Source of the DNA: Moniliella sp. 'wahieum'
Lineage: Eukaryota
Assembly (NCBI GenBank): GCA_003971905.1
Contig: RSEE01000025.1
Span: 310,001-374,000 of the forward strand
Direction of reading: 5' to 3'
Length of the DNA stretch: 64,000 nucleotides
Shown: positions 25,699 through 37,767 of the stretch, piece after piece
Position numbering within the stretch: position 1 is the stretch's first letter
Layout: every line of letters starts with the position of its first letter
Notes under the pieces: generated by a model
Told to the model about the DNA's origin: nothing
The model's input: the letters and a program-made list of their open reading frames with translations, nothing else
Databases searched by the model: none
Position numbers and translations under genes: made by a program

Positions 25699-26449
25699 AT
25701 GGCCTCTCTCCCGCCACTCTTCATCGAAATCGTGAGACGTCTCCTTTTGACAAAAGGTATTCATGTCCCATTCGGATAGCTGACACTGCTTCAATACAGC
25801 CCCGCTCCCCTGTCCACGCTGTTGGTTTGCCACTGGCTCTTGGGTTTTTTACTGGTGTCCTTACGCGTGAGTCCAAGTGGGGGCCGAAGGGGGACTGGTA
25901 CCCCAAACTGAAGAAGTCCAAGGGCCAACCACCCAATTGGATGTTCCCTCTGGTTTGGACGGGTCTGTTCTCTTCAATGGGATGGTGCTCTCACTTAATC
26001 GTGCGGGCTTACGATCTTGCACCTCCTGGTTCGTTCTGACATCTGTTCTGCTGCCCCGTGCCACATGTTCTGACTGAGCCCCCTTCCTCAATGGTTCGTT
26101 TCTCCCCATCTACACGATGTTAGGGTCGGAGCTCAAATCTAAGGCCTCCCTGGCACTCAAGTTGTACTACGGCCAACTTGTCCTCAACCAGTTGTGGACG
26201 CCGCTTTCGTTCGGCTTTGGCCAGCTTGGGATTGCGTTCGCAGACTTGCTGTCGTTGACAACCACGCTGGGCGTGTCTTTGACGGTGCTAAGTGAGGTAG
26301 ACGAGACGGCAGCACTGCTGACTGTTCCCTACCTTGCTTGGTCGGCATACGCGACATATCTCTCAGGCTCACTCTGGTGGTTCAACGGGGGAAAAGACTG
26401 GGTAAAGAGCTGGTTTGGAGGGTCAAAGTCGGCACTCCCCAAGGCATGA
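25699..26449 (+). CDS. TSPO: TspO/MBR family translocator protein
   Basis: WYPKLKKSKGQPPNWMFPLVWTGLFSSMG, LYYGQLVLNQLWTPLSFG and LLTVPYLAWSAYATYL. Introns at about 25732-25799 and 26029-26123. Confidence 0.93.
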
Positions 26450-26856
26450 AGATCTGCAGCTGGGGGAAGACATGAGATCCATGAGAGCATGTTCAAGCCG
26501 AGCCGAAAATGGCATTACAACTTGTGGTCTGGACCAAGATGGTGGGGAATGCCTGAGCCAGCGGAGCTCTACGTGGAGCGAAGCAAAGCTAGTATAATTG
26601 AAACTTGAAAATAAAATGTTTACTCCTTGGTAGTAGAGTAGATTGACTGCGCCACGCGCCACACACCGAGCGCGAAGGGGCTCTGGTTAGGTGGCAAGCG
26701 TGAGATTTGACATCGGAGGTCTCGTCTGCCCCCACCATCTTCTCTCTTCAACACGAACAGTGCAGCCAGAGCAGCACTGGCGCCGCCGTGTCGAAAGCAT
26801 CATACAACGTGACGTGCAGACAGACTCTACGCACACGCATACGTGTCTCCACCCAA

Positions 26857-28736
26857 TGGCTGATGCTCGTCTTGCGGAGCGTCTCCGCTCCTTGCGCCGC
26901 GAGCTGGCCCAACCAGCGTCCGACTCCCATCCCTCCCCACCTGTCCCTCAACCTGCCGTCACCGGCGCATCCTCGACTTCACTGCTTCCATCCGAGTCCA
27001 TGTCGCCCATGTACTCTTCATGTGCCCCAGTGGCCCCACTCGAGCAGGATCTGCTCGAAGCTGATGCTGTCGCTGCTCTCATTAATCATGTGCAGAACGA
27101 ACTCGACCACCCTCCCCTTGACCACACCAGACGCCCCAACACACTCCTCAAGCACCCTCTTCCCGCCAGCTGGGAATCAGAGCTTACCACCGTGCATACA
27201 TCTCCTGCCCCGCTCCGCTTGCCCACCCGTGACCACCCATCTATTCCCTCGGACTTTGACCTAACACTGGCCACCCCCGCTGAGGCGGAGGAACCACAGG
27301 TATCTTCATCATCAAACGCACAGTCATTCCAGAATGGACCCGCTTCCTTTTCCGTGCAATCGGGCCCGCGTCTGACCCGTATCGCCAAAGAACAGCCTGT
27401 TCTGGCTGTGCCTGGATTCATCCGAGCTCGATCTGATGCATCACGAACGCCACCGCCCTCCGAGCTGGAGCGGGATGGAGCCCTGTTGCCGTATCAACCG
27501 GGTACCTACAGACGTGTTCACAGCCACCCCCCCATATCTCCCTCGATCCAACAATCTCTTGAGCAGGCGTTGGCCGAGGCCATGACCTCAGGCGCCCACC
27601 GTGACCAGGAACGCAGCCTAGCCGTGACCCAGTCTGCGGTCGAGATGGGTACACCTCGTCCTCTCCAGACCGATCTGCATCGCATGGTGGATGACCCCTC
27701 ATCCAGGACGATCAAGTGCTTGAAAACTTGGTGACGAGAATCGCTCAGATGGCCGAGGACCAACCGTCATCTGATGCCCTCAGTGTGCACTCAACCTCCC
27801 CTCCCTCTGTCGCGTCCAGGCCGACGACCGGCCCTCCCCTTCTCCATCCCGAAGAGGAAGGTCACTTTGAGGGAGAGCAGGGTGGTCACGAGTCGGACCG
27901 TCCCTTCCGATCCTTTCCCTACACACCCATCCTGACCCCAGCCAACATATTAAGACCTTCTTCAACTGGACCCGAGGCATTAAGTGACCCCGAATCCGAT
28001 TTTGCGTTGCCCAGCCGCAGTATGACACCCACAACGTCTCGCTTGCGTGCATCGGCGCTGTACGATGACGGCGATAACTCGGAAAATGGATTGAGGTCGT
28101 CTTCAAGCGCGCCACGTCATCCTCGCCGAAACATAAGGTGAGTCCGTCCTCGCCATCCAGAGCGCTACATCTTCCTACCGCACCCCACGCGCCACCGGGA
28201 GCGCGAGAGGGCGCGACGCTGGCACAGCTTGCTTCGCTCCAAGCCGTCCGCGCTGCACCTGGATCATCGCAAGCCCTCAAACAGAACATTCTAGCCCGCA
28301 TCGCAGACAAGAGGGAGCAAAGACGGGACGTAGGAGCCGTCCCAGCTCCACACGCATCCGGTCAACTTTGGCAGCCCAATTGTATGATGATTCGGATGTG
28401 GACAATAACCAGCCTCCGTCGGGCCCAACCGATCCGGATTCCAGTTCAGACTCGTCTTCGTCCTCTTCTTTGGCCCGCTCGGGTTCGAATGCGGGATCGG
28501 ACTCCGACAGGGAAGCAGATGGGGGAGACCGCCTGCGTCTGGATGCCCTGGCGCGAGCACGCGTTCCTTCCCCTCCTTCCCCGGGACCTCCCTGCCAGCA
28601 ATGCGGCAGGGAAGGCACGCTTTATTGCTCGGGTCCTGGCTGTGAGCGGGTATGGTGCCGGGATTGTTGGGCGCAAACCCACGCGATGCGCTCAGACTGG
28701 GCTGAGCATACGACAGTGGATTTGACGGAGGCCTAG
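26857..28736 (+). CDS. Hypothetical low-complexity protein with a C-terminal B-box-like zinc finger; frameshifted
   Basis: Starts MADARLAERLRSLR. The C-terminus CQQCGREGTLYCSGPGCERVWCRDCWAQTHAMRSDWAEH follows an acidic/Ser tract. Confidence 0.55.
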
Positions 28737-29231
28737 GCCGCATCCACCCCTTGTTGGTTCCAGTCAGTGTGATTTGATACCCGGTTGCCCTCCTCCCTCC
28801 CCCATCCTCACCCTCCCATCTTGATCTTCTTGAGTATGATTGGTTGCAACAACTACCATTCGCCCCTTGTAACTGCTGCTTCCAATGTCTATATCGACCA
28901 ACAAGACGAGTGATGGTTGGGAGAGTCCACGTTTGAGCAGGCGCCGCCTATTCCATGGCCTATCCAAAGGGACACTGGTCATGCGTGTAAGGCCGTGTAG
29001 CAAGCATGATCATGCAGATGCATGTCCCACGACTAGTACGACCAGCGATTTGACGATTTGAAATGTCATGTTCTACCCGTTCCGCTCTCCGCCGCTTGCG
29101 ACCGACCCAGCTGCGTTTGCGGAGTTTAGTGTGATAAATAGGTTTATTGGAGAGGGACAGCGTGGATTGGCTCCACCTGGAACGGGCAGGCCGCGCCACC
29201 GCATCCTCTCCCCCACCACCCCGCCTCTGCG

Positions 29232-31109
29232 ATGCCCGTCCACATCGTTGCCCAGGCACTGGCCGACTGGGCTCCCTCTGGCGCACTCACCAATGCTGCT
29301 GCTGCCATACTCGGTGTCACGCTGGCCAAGACCTGGTCCAATGGCACCGATTGGCTTGCCCCTCTCGACGAGGACCGCGGTGGTCCTGGCGAAAGGACCG
29401 CACGGGCGAGTGGTGATCCTTGTGGTGTGTACCCACCTCCTTTTCGCCTCCTTCCTTCTCCCTTTTCCTAACATCCCTTTCCTGTGTCACGCCCTCAGGG
29501 TGGATTCACCCCCCTGGGACTCGTCGTCCAAGCTCAACTGGCCTCACGCGGCGCCCAAATCGTTGCCCTCGTTCCAGCCCTAAGTGCGCCCGATGTCCAA
29601 GATCTCGTTTACCTTTTGCGCGAGAGCACCAACAACGAGCTTATATATGCCGAAGAGTGCGATGTGCTGAACCCGCGTTCGGTGGTTGAGTTTGCCCGGA
29701 CGTGGTATCGTGGCATGAAGCAGGGTAACAAGGCTAATCCGCTAGCTGGTGGTGGCGCCCAAGCGCCCGGCGCCCCCCCTCAGGAAGTGGCGTTCCAGGT
29801 GCGCCCACGGCGGAAGCGTTTGCCTCTTCCGGTGGCGAGACGAGTGCGATTCGTCTAGACGGCATCTCTTCTCTTTGGACGCCAACATGTACTCAGCGGG
29901 GGAAGGGATTCAGCGCGTGGGTGTTCCTATTACGCCTACTCCGGAAAGTGGACAAGCGGAGCCTTCCGGAGCCAAAGTACCCACTGGCCAGCCAAAAAAG
30001 CGGGCAAACCTGAACACCTCATCGGCTACTCCCGTAGCAGAGAAACCGTTTGAGGGCTTGGAATTGGCTCATGCCGAGGTAGCGGCCCGCTACCACTTTA
30101 TCAAGTCTATGTTGCCTTCCATTCGTCTCTTGCCTCCCGATCGGGATATTCGGATTGTGAGTGTTGTCTCGCCTTGGGCCTCCACCGGAATCGCTGCTTT
30201 CTCTGCCACCGATCCAGACTGGACTGGTGCCACGCCTAAGACCCGGCCTTCCTCCTTTCCCACGTGGCAACCATGGTGCGCAGTGGGCGCTGCTGCGCTT
30301 CGGTGGCTCGCACTCTCATCCCAATTGCAGCATCAGATTGACTTATTGCAAGTTCACGATGGTCATGCGCCCGCTCCGCCCACAACTCAGGGCGAGACGA
30401 GATTGACGTGCGGACCTCAACCCCTTTGTCCAACATCCGCTTGGTCAATGTCTCGCTCGGATTCGAGCGCAATCACGACATGTTGCGCTTCATCTTGCCT
30501 CCGCCACCTCCCCAAGCGGCCTTGGTATGGGATGAAGAACCGAAGGAGACGGGTTCAATGCCTGCCTCGGAGCCTGCGCCCAACTCGTCTTCAACATCGC
30601 CCCCTGCTTCCGAGCTCAAACCGGATACGCCTGAGGAGCTAGCCGAGCAACTCAAACGCTCAATTGACCCTCGTCGGGTAATGCCGACTTGTCTCTGGCG
30701 GGAATTCGTGCGGGGCACCCGGCGTACACACGAGGTGTCAGCACGCCGGTGGGGCATTCGTACGGTACCTACTTGCGATCCTGCTGTGGCCGTTGTGCTG
30801 GCTGATGACCAAGGCGCCTGGTCGAGCCGCGGATGGGGTGACGTGGGCGCTGACCGCGCCGGCCCAGACCAACTTTGTTCCTCCCACCACGGCGGGAAGA
30901 AGAAGGCGCGCTTTGCGCGGGTCAGGCCCGTCGTGCTCTTCCGCGAAGCCGAGGCACGCTCTGTCTCCTTCCCTCCGGGCGCTCAGACGGAAGAGGAGCG
31001 CAAGTCTCTTGCTCAGCGCGAAGAGGCCATCATTGAGCGATGGCTCCAGACAGCTAATGCTGACGCGGCCGCTGCCATCGCGCCTGTCTTGCAGCCCACT
31101 GGCAAATAG
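29232..31109 (+). CDS. Atypical short-chain dehydrogenase/reductase, Pbr1(YNL181W)-like; frameshifted
   Basis: N-terminal TM followed by KTWSNG, then GGFTPLGLVV..LASRGAQIVAL...LRESTNNELIYAEECD and DRDIRIVSVVSPW. Intron at about 29425-29498. Confidence 0.75.
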
Positions 31110-31606
31110 TCATTCGTTATTGCCCCTGCTTTTTGGTCTGGACAAGACTGAGTATAGTTGTAATGCCCACCGCATCTCCAGGCGCCTTCTTCGGTTGTAG
31201 CAACCCAGCGAGAGAGGCACAGGGGCACCTGCGGTGTTGGAGGGTGGACATGGGGCCGCAGCACAGCAGGTAGTAGGTACCTCCGTGGGCGGCGGCCCCC
31301 ACTGTATTTGGAGTACGCTGCCAGAGAATAATGTATCGGGGCGTCGTCAGGTCATGTGACCATGATGCGTGGCGCGTGCCGCTGGGCGAGTGACTAGTGA
31401 CGCGTGACGGCCATACAACTCTGGATGCATGATACGTGGCAGCTGGTGCATGATACTCGAGACCGCAGACTGCTTTTGTTAGGGTTGCTCTCGGGCATGA
31501 CGCTCATCACGTGATGCTGTTGTACCCGTGATCGGTGGCGGTGCTGGCTATCGCGCAATCCACACACCACGCCAACCACCATCGGCGCCGGCGACGGCCT
31601 GCAACC

Positions 31607-34600
31607 ATGGACCCGCGCCCGGCTGTGCGCGAGGCCGTATCCGTGGCGGCCGACCCGCTGGCGGCCGGCCCGCTGCCCCAGACAAGCCGCTCATCCCCCT
31701 CCTTGCGCCTCCTACCGCCTACGTCGCCCACTGGTGCTGAGCGCCCTTTGAGCATCATGCTCGACGCTAGTGACCCGCCCTTGAGCAGCATGGCGGGCTT
31801 GACCCTGCCTCCTTCGGCCGATACCGGTGTATCCGCTGGGGAACTTCCATCCCACCAACTTTCCAAGCTCCATGCGCTCTCTCATGACCAACTGGCCGCT
31901 CATGTTCATAGCAGCTCGGCCATCGCCCTGGTCAGCGAGCTGTCACTCGCGTTGGCTACCCAGGAGGAATTACTGGCTCAGGTTGGTAAACAGGTTGCTG
32001 ATCTGACATCACAGTTGGCTCACTTGAGCAAGAGCGCAAGTCAAATGCCCACATGGCACGTATACGAGAGGAAGCAATCAGCAGTGTCGCCCGCAGCTAT
32101 GGGGCGGGAGAGGGGGAACTGGAGCGAGCCCTGGCGCGTGTAAGCCAACAGCGATCGGCCGCTCAGCGCGTTCGTGGCCAGCAATTGCGTTTAGGAAGGA
32201 CCTGCAAGAGGCTATGGGCGCTGCATTAAGTGAATCTCATTTGGTGCCTCCTCAGATGTCGCGTACCTCGTCGGACGCGGGTTCAAGGGAATCGGCACAA
32301 TCCGCCACAACAGGTACTTACTCTGCTTCTGGGAAGAAGAGCCTGTTCAACCGGTCGTTCTGGACGCTACAACGGGCAAGCCTGTGGCGTCTCGTCCCGA
32401 AGCCGAGTTAGAAATTGCAATGGAGGAAGATGTGGCCGAGGAAGTTGCCGAGGAAGATGCAGGCGAGCCAGCGCCTCCACCGATGCGGACCACGCCGTCT
32501 CTATCCTCGCGGCGAGGAACTCGCCCATCCTCAACACATACCCGATCTGACAGCATTGCCTCCCATAACTCGGTCTCGGCCGCCTCATCCATCACAACGA
32601 CCAGTCGCAAGGACAAGGAGACCACCTCATTTACCGGCTGGTTGTTTGGCAGCCCAAACGTCCCTCGCCCCCCCGGGTGGAGGAACCGGCGATACCAAGT
32701 CCAACTGAAGATGCTTCCTCTCCTCCCTCGCCCCAACCCACCTCAGAGGTGGGCACGAGCCAGCACTCCACCTTGTCTCTCCCCCATTCCGCGTCGCAAG
32801 ACCCACCCAAGAACCTGATTCGGTGCGTCGAGCCAAGAAGGCGGGTGCTCTCAACTTTTTTGGTTCCCTACCTTGGAGAAGATCAAATGAACCCATCTCT
32901 GATCTGAATAAGGACACAGCCGTCGGCGGTGATGCGGCAACCGCTCTCTCTGAGCCACCTCCAGGCACTGCTGAACCTTCAACGGATCAGTCAGAGCCCC
33001 AAAGCTCTGATGGTCATGCTGGGGCCGTTCCCGCTCTTTCGATACCCCCCACGTCATCCAACACGACCATTTCTGCAATTGACTCCAATCTGCCTGTCTC
33101 TGACAATGAGACATCTTCACTGCATTCTGCCACGCTTCGGCCACGCAGGTCCCATGCCCCAGATGGCCAAAGACTGTTCGTCCCACTCGACGCTCCGGGT
33201 TTTGGAGATCTACTGAGGTAGGTGGAACGGAGCGCTCTTTGAGTCCGCGTACACCCCGACTGGGCCCCAACCTATCCCAACCCTCTCAACTTTACCAGAG
33301 TGTGTCGCATGCCCATTTCGATCGTATTTCTTCCCCACCTACAAGCGTACCGTTGAACTCAAACCCATGGTCCCCAAGGAGGCCCGTCCACCCACCTTGG
33401 CATCAGGTACCGTGATGCATGTGCGTCCAGACGACTACTACCTGGTCACGATCAGTTTGAAGTGTATGGGGGATCAGCAACGTCCCCGTTGCCCCCAACA
33501 TCCACAGATGCCACGCTGACTGATCGGTACGGGTTTATGTACGCTGGCACGCCTTCGGATGTCCGCCTGCTCCGGAAAGCAAAGGCAGCCAGTGTGCCTG
33601 CTCCCGCTTGTTTGGCCGGGACACGGGCGGAAATCGTGGTGGACGAGGAGGAGGATTTCCCATCTGGGTTTGACGATCGATCCTCGCTAGCCAGTGTACG
33701 GCCCGGTAGTCCGTCGAGCACGCACTCAGCAACACCCCCTCCCGTGCGAGAAGCTTCTCTGGCGACTCGGTTGTGTCCGGATCGGAATCGCACACAGCAG
33801 CTGTGGCTGGCTCGGTGCTCGTGCCGGCAAAGTCCCGGGCGCTAACCAAGTCGTCAAGTGTGGTTGTGTCTACCCGATCCGAAGGTCATGGCGTAGCGCC
33901 CCAAGACCCCGATCGGCTTGAGCCTCAGTCAACCTCACTCCCCGCTACAGCCACCGTCAAGGCTCTCTCAAGTCCTTGGATGAACTGTACGATTCGCAGC
34001 AACACGAGCTCAGCAGGCCAAATGGGACATTTTCCTTGCCGAACGGAAGGAGAAACGCGAGGTGGCGCGACGGCAAAAGAAGGCCGGTGCCGCTGACCCC
34101 AATGGGGCAACGAAACGAAGATCCGCCTACAATAATCTCCCCTCGTCCCGGCTCGCCTCGGACGAGTTGGATGAGGAAGCCGAAGATGAGGATGTGGCTC
34201 TTTTACATCACAACCTGGCCCTAGTCGGGATCGCTGCCATGGGTACCACTGCCGGAGGGGGAGGACTGGAATGCGTTCGTCACGCTTTGCCTATCCGGGA
34301 TCCCATTAAGTTATCGGAGCCAAGTGTGGGCCGAATGTTCAGGCGCCAACGACCTGGCTGAACCGGGTAGATACAAGGAGCTTCTTGCTCTCAGTGGCGT
34401 ATCATCTGACCTGGACCTAAGTGCCCAAAGCACAGCCTCGCGAGCGGTCACTTCGGCCTTGTCGGGTTCGTCCGCCGTGCTGGCCCAGATTGACCTCGAC
34501 GTTCACCGTACCCTCCCCACGAACGTCTTTTTCGGTGGCGACGGACCGGGCGTACCCAAGCTTCGACGCGTCTTGGCTGCTTTTAGTTGGTATGATGTGG

Positions 34601-35239
34601 ACATTGGCTACTGCCAAGGTATGTCCTTCTATTGCTCCCTGTCATCGTCTCTTTGTGGAGCCCAGCCTAAACTAACCTTTGCTGGACAGGGATGAATAAC
34701 TTGGCCGCCACATTACTCTTGATTGACCCGAGCGAGGAGAAGGCCTTCTGGCTTTTGGTCTGCCTCGTCGAGAAGATCCTTCCGAGGGATTACTACACCT
34801 CTTTTCTGCTTACAGCCCAAGCGGATCAGCGTGTGCTGTCCGAATACGTGGACAAACACCTTCCCAAACTCGGACGCCACCTGTCGGAGCTTGGGGTGGA
34901 TCTGCCAGTGCTAACGTTTGGTTGGTTCCTCAGTCTCTTTACTGAATGTTTACCGGTCGAGACTCTGTTCCGGGTATGGGATCTGATCTTTGTTGAAGGC
35001 ACCCTACCCTTTTCCGTGTCGCGCTTGCCGTCCTGCAACTTAATCAAACCGATCTTTCTTCGCACCTCCACCGCCGGCCACATTCACGCCCTCATGCGCC
35101 GCGCCACCACCTCCCTTTTCCACCCTGACAAATTGATCGCCTCCGCTTCCTCCTTCCGTGACAGTGTAACGACGGCGATGTGGCCCGAAGACGCTCACGG
35201 CATGTCGAGGCCCTCAGGGCTGAACTGGGCCTGGAGTAA
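31607..35239 (+). CDS. TBC-domain Rab GTPase-activating protein; frameshifted
   Basis: LTDRYGF, VWAECSGA, QIDLDVHRTLP (R-finger), KLRRVLAAFSW...IGYCQG|MNNLAATLLL (Q-finger, intron at about 34619-34690) and FGWFLSLFTECLPVETLFRVWD. Confidence 0.92.
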
Positions 35240-36431
35240 GCTCCTCTTCCGCTCTCACATTTCCCCCATTTTCTGTATTTGGCCCATCCTCTCTTTCTAG
35301 TCCCCATCTCACTTAGGGACCAATCCACTACACCGTGTAGCGCACTATAACACACCCCGGCATACCTATCCCCGATAGCGAGAAGCTTTGTGTGTGCCAT
35401 CGGGGGGGACTGAAGCGCACGTTGCAAGAAGGGGAGGGACGAGGGGGAGACAGAATGGGAACCAACGTCATGATGATAGGCTAGCGCCCGTTTGCTGCGT
35501 TCCGTGCAACGGAAAAAGTAAGTGTGCCGGTCACGACAGGGATTCCGTCCCTCGATGATTGTGGTAACAGGCGACGGAAGGGATTTGACCAAGCGCGTTG
35601 TCGCAACGCCTGACAAAAGGGTCAGGGGATGGTATACAAACCCGAAACCATATACCGCAGGGAGCAACTAACACAGCAGGGGGAGAGGAACGGGATGTAA
35701 GAAAAGCAGGACAAAAAGTGGAGTACACTTCACGCGGTGGGTGGTGAGCAGTTGCGCCTGCACAATGCCCGGACAACCTTGGCATAGCACTGCTACAGGG
35801 ATAGCCTTCGCGGATCGTCGGGATCAGTTGCAGGGCCAAGGCACCGTTGAATGATATGACGAATGCACGCTCCAGGTTTTTCAACGTCGACACCAGGCCG
35901 TGCTCAGAGGGCAGGGAGGGGCAGCAGAGACACAACGGCATTGGAAAAATACAAGGGCGAGCAGGCGGCCCGTCGAGGGAAGTCTATCTACGGTTTCTCT
36001 CGCAGTCCCACGCCTGTCGGCGGTGTTAGAGAGTTAGTGCCTTTCGGGAATGGCCGCTCGCGCGCATTCAGTCGTAAATGGGTGGGGGGGACTCCAACAT
36101 GGTCTCGACATGCACCCCTTCAACTCAACTTCGATCAAGGCTATAAACGTATGAACATTGACCACGACTCACGGATTCCGATGGAGGGTGGCAGTGTGCC
36201 GTTTTGGATTGGAGAGTGCATAGAGACAGAGGTATGCATAGCGGGGTCAACCCAAGCCATTGACGATTAGTCTGGCCAAAAGGACATCACCCCTAAGGCC
36301 TAAGCAAGCAGCGCCCACGTCCAACGACGTTGGGAGCTAGGACTCATCATAGACCAAAGCCGGTTGCACTATGGCGGCATGAGGTTCCGAGACGACAAGA
36401 TACCAAAGCGGCCGGCGTGAACGCAAGGCGC

Positions 36432-36954
36432 TTAGGCCTTCAGCACATAGGTCACCTTGCGGTAACCGTGCGCCTTCTTCTGAGCACGCACCGTGGTAGC
36501 GTTCTTCTCCTGGGGCGTGAGCGCGGCGGAGAGCACGCGTCTTCTTGGCCCGGAGGTCGAGGGGGAGGTACTTGGCGTTCTTGTAGTACTCACGCAGGTT
36601 GGCACGCTGCTTAGCGTGCATGACCGTGTGCACGCGCGCAATGTCCTTGCGCGTGCTGTTGATCTTAGCAATGCGGGACGACGAGCCACCGGCAACCTTT
36701 GCCACGCGAAGCGAGAGAAGCTCCGCCTTGAGCTCCTCGAGCTGCGTGGTCAGCTCCGCCTTGGACTTGCCCTGAAGCTCCTTTGCCGTGATCTTCGCCT
36801 GCACACGCAAAAAGATCGCCCGTTAGTTAGTTCCTCCGCTCCATCATCATTCCGATCTCATCCGAAAGCGAACGCAACCACCGAGCGCGGATTGCCAGCG
36901 CAGTCGGGATCGCAGGTCGTCCCAGGTGAGCAGGGTGGATGGTAAGCTCACCAT
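36432..36954 (-). CDS. RPL35: 60S ribosomal protein L35 (uL29)
   Basis: ATG, intron at 36799-36951, then [38 protein letters not shown]...[17 protein letters not shown]...YVLKA*. One indel. Confidence 0.97.
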
Positions 36955-37033
36955 TTTAGAGGTTGAGTATGCGTGCTGGGCTGAGGAGAACGCTGCGCTG
37001 AAGGTGCGAGGCAGGGAGCACGCGTGCGTCCAA

Positions 37034-37059
37034 TAGGGTTGGGAAAATACATAACCCTA
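37034..37059. promoter_or_regulatory. Inverted telo-box pair TAGGGTT-N12-AACCCTA upstream of RPL35
   Basis: tagggtt gggaaaatacat aacccta lies about 80-105 bp upstream of the RPL35 ATG. Function is inferred by analogy with Tbf1-type sites in fungal ribosomal-protein promoters. Confidence 0.5.
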
Positions 37060-37767
37060 GGAATATGTAAACGGGTGACCATCTAAGGCGGCCGCGAAGG
37101 GGCTGCTGCGGATTTTTCATTGCGCCCAATATCACGTTGCAGCAAGTGCGCAAGGGAAATGCAAATTGACCGGTGACGGATGATCGATGATCGTGCACTG
37201 ATTTTCATTTCAGGTCGGGTTTCAATGTTGTTGGAGTCTATTTCAACTCGCCACAGCACCTACGCTGGGTGTTAAGTGTACGCGTGGTAATCGGCGTCGA
37301 CTACAAAAGCAGCGGGACCGCGAATGTGGGATTCGTATTGGGACTCTATGCGGAGCAGATTCCCTTCTGTGATGAATGCGAGGATGCTGGCACTATGCAG
37401 CATTGCAGTCGAGATAGCCCATGGCGACTGTCCCCGGTGGTCTTAAGGGGCGAGTTGAGAGATGACAGGACGCTTAAAGCTTGAGAGCGTGAACGAAGCA
37501 GCAGTAAGAGGGGTGTGGCATGCAGCACCTGTGGCCCCACAACTGAAATTATGTGCCGTGCAGTTGCAATGTTCAGAGCGCCACCAGAAGTGCACGTCAC
37601 AGATCCACCTTCGCTCGTCTGCGCTTGCGGGGGCGAGGCGTCCCACCGCAAACCAACCTCTGTCCAACCCGGCGCACACGCCCCGCAAGCACCACAGGCG
37701 TATTTCCCCCGTCACCGACACAACCGGCGCATACAGTTTCCAGCCTCGCTTCGCCTTCGCTCTTGCC

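Noticed and set aside
35645..35651. AAACCAT as the snR30/U17 m2 motif
   Set aside because: No partner m1 motif (ATATTCCTA) upstream and no H/ACA architecture.
36025..36037. CTAACTCTCTAAC (minus strand) as a telomerase RNA template, with U-rich/A-rich tracts downstream resembling a pseudoknot
   Set aside because: It is better explained as an intron branch site, lying between GTGAGT and a CAG 8 nt downstream. It would imply an odd TTAGAGAG telomere, and no CR4/5 element could be identified.
36799..36951. Box C/D snoRNA in the RPL35 intron
   Set aside because: An ATGATGA box C-like motif is present but lies close to the branch site, with no downstream CTGA.
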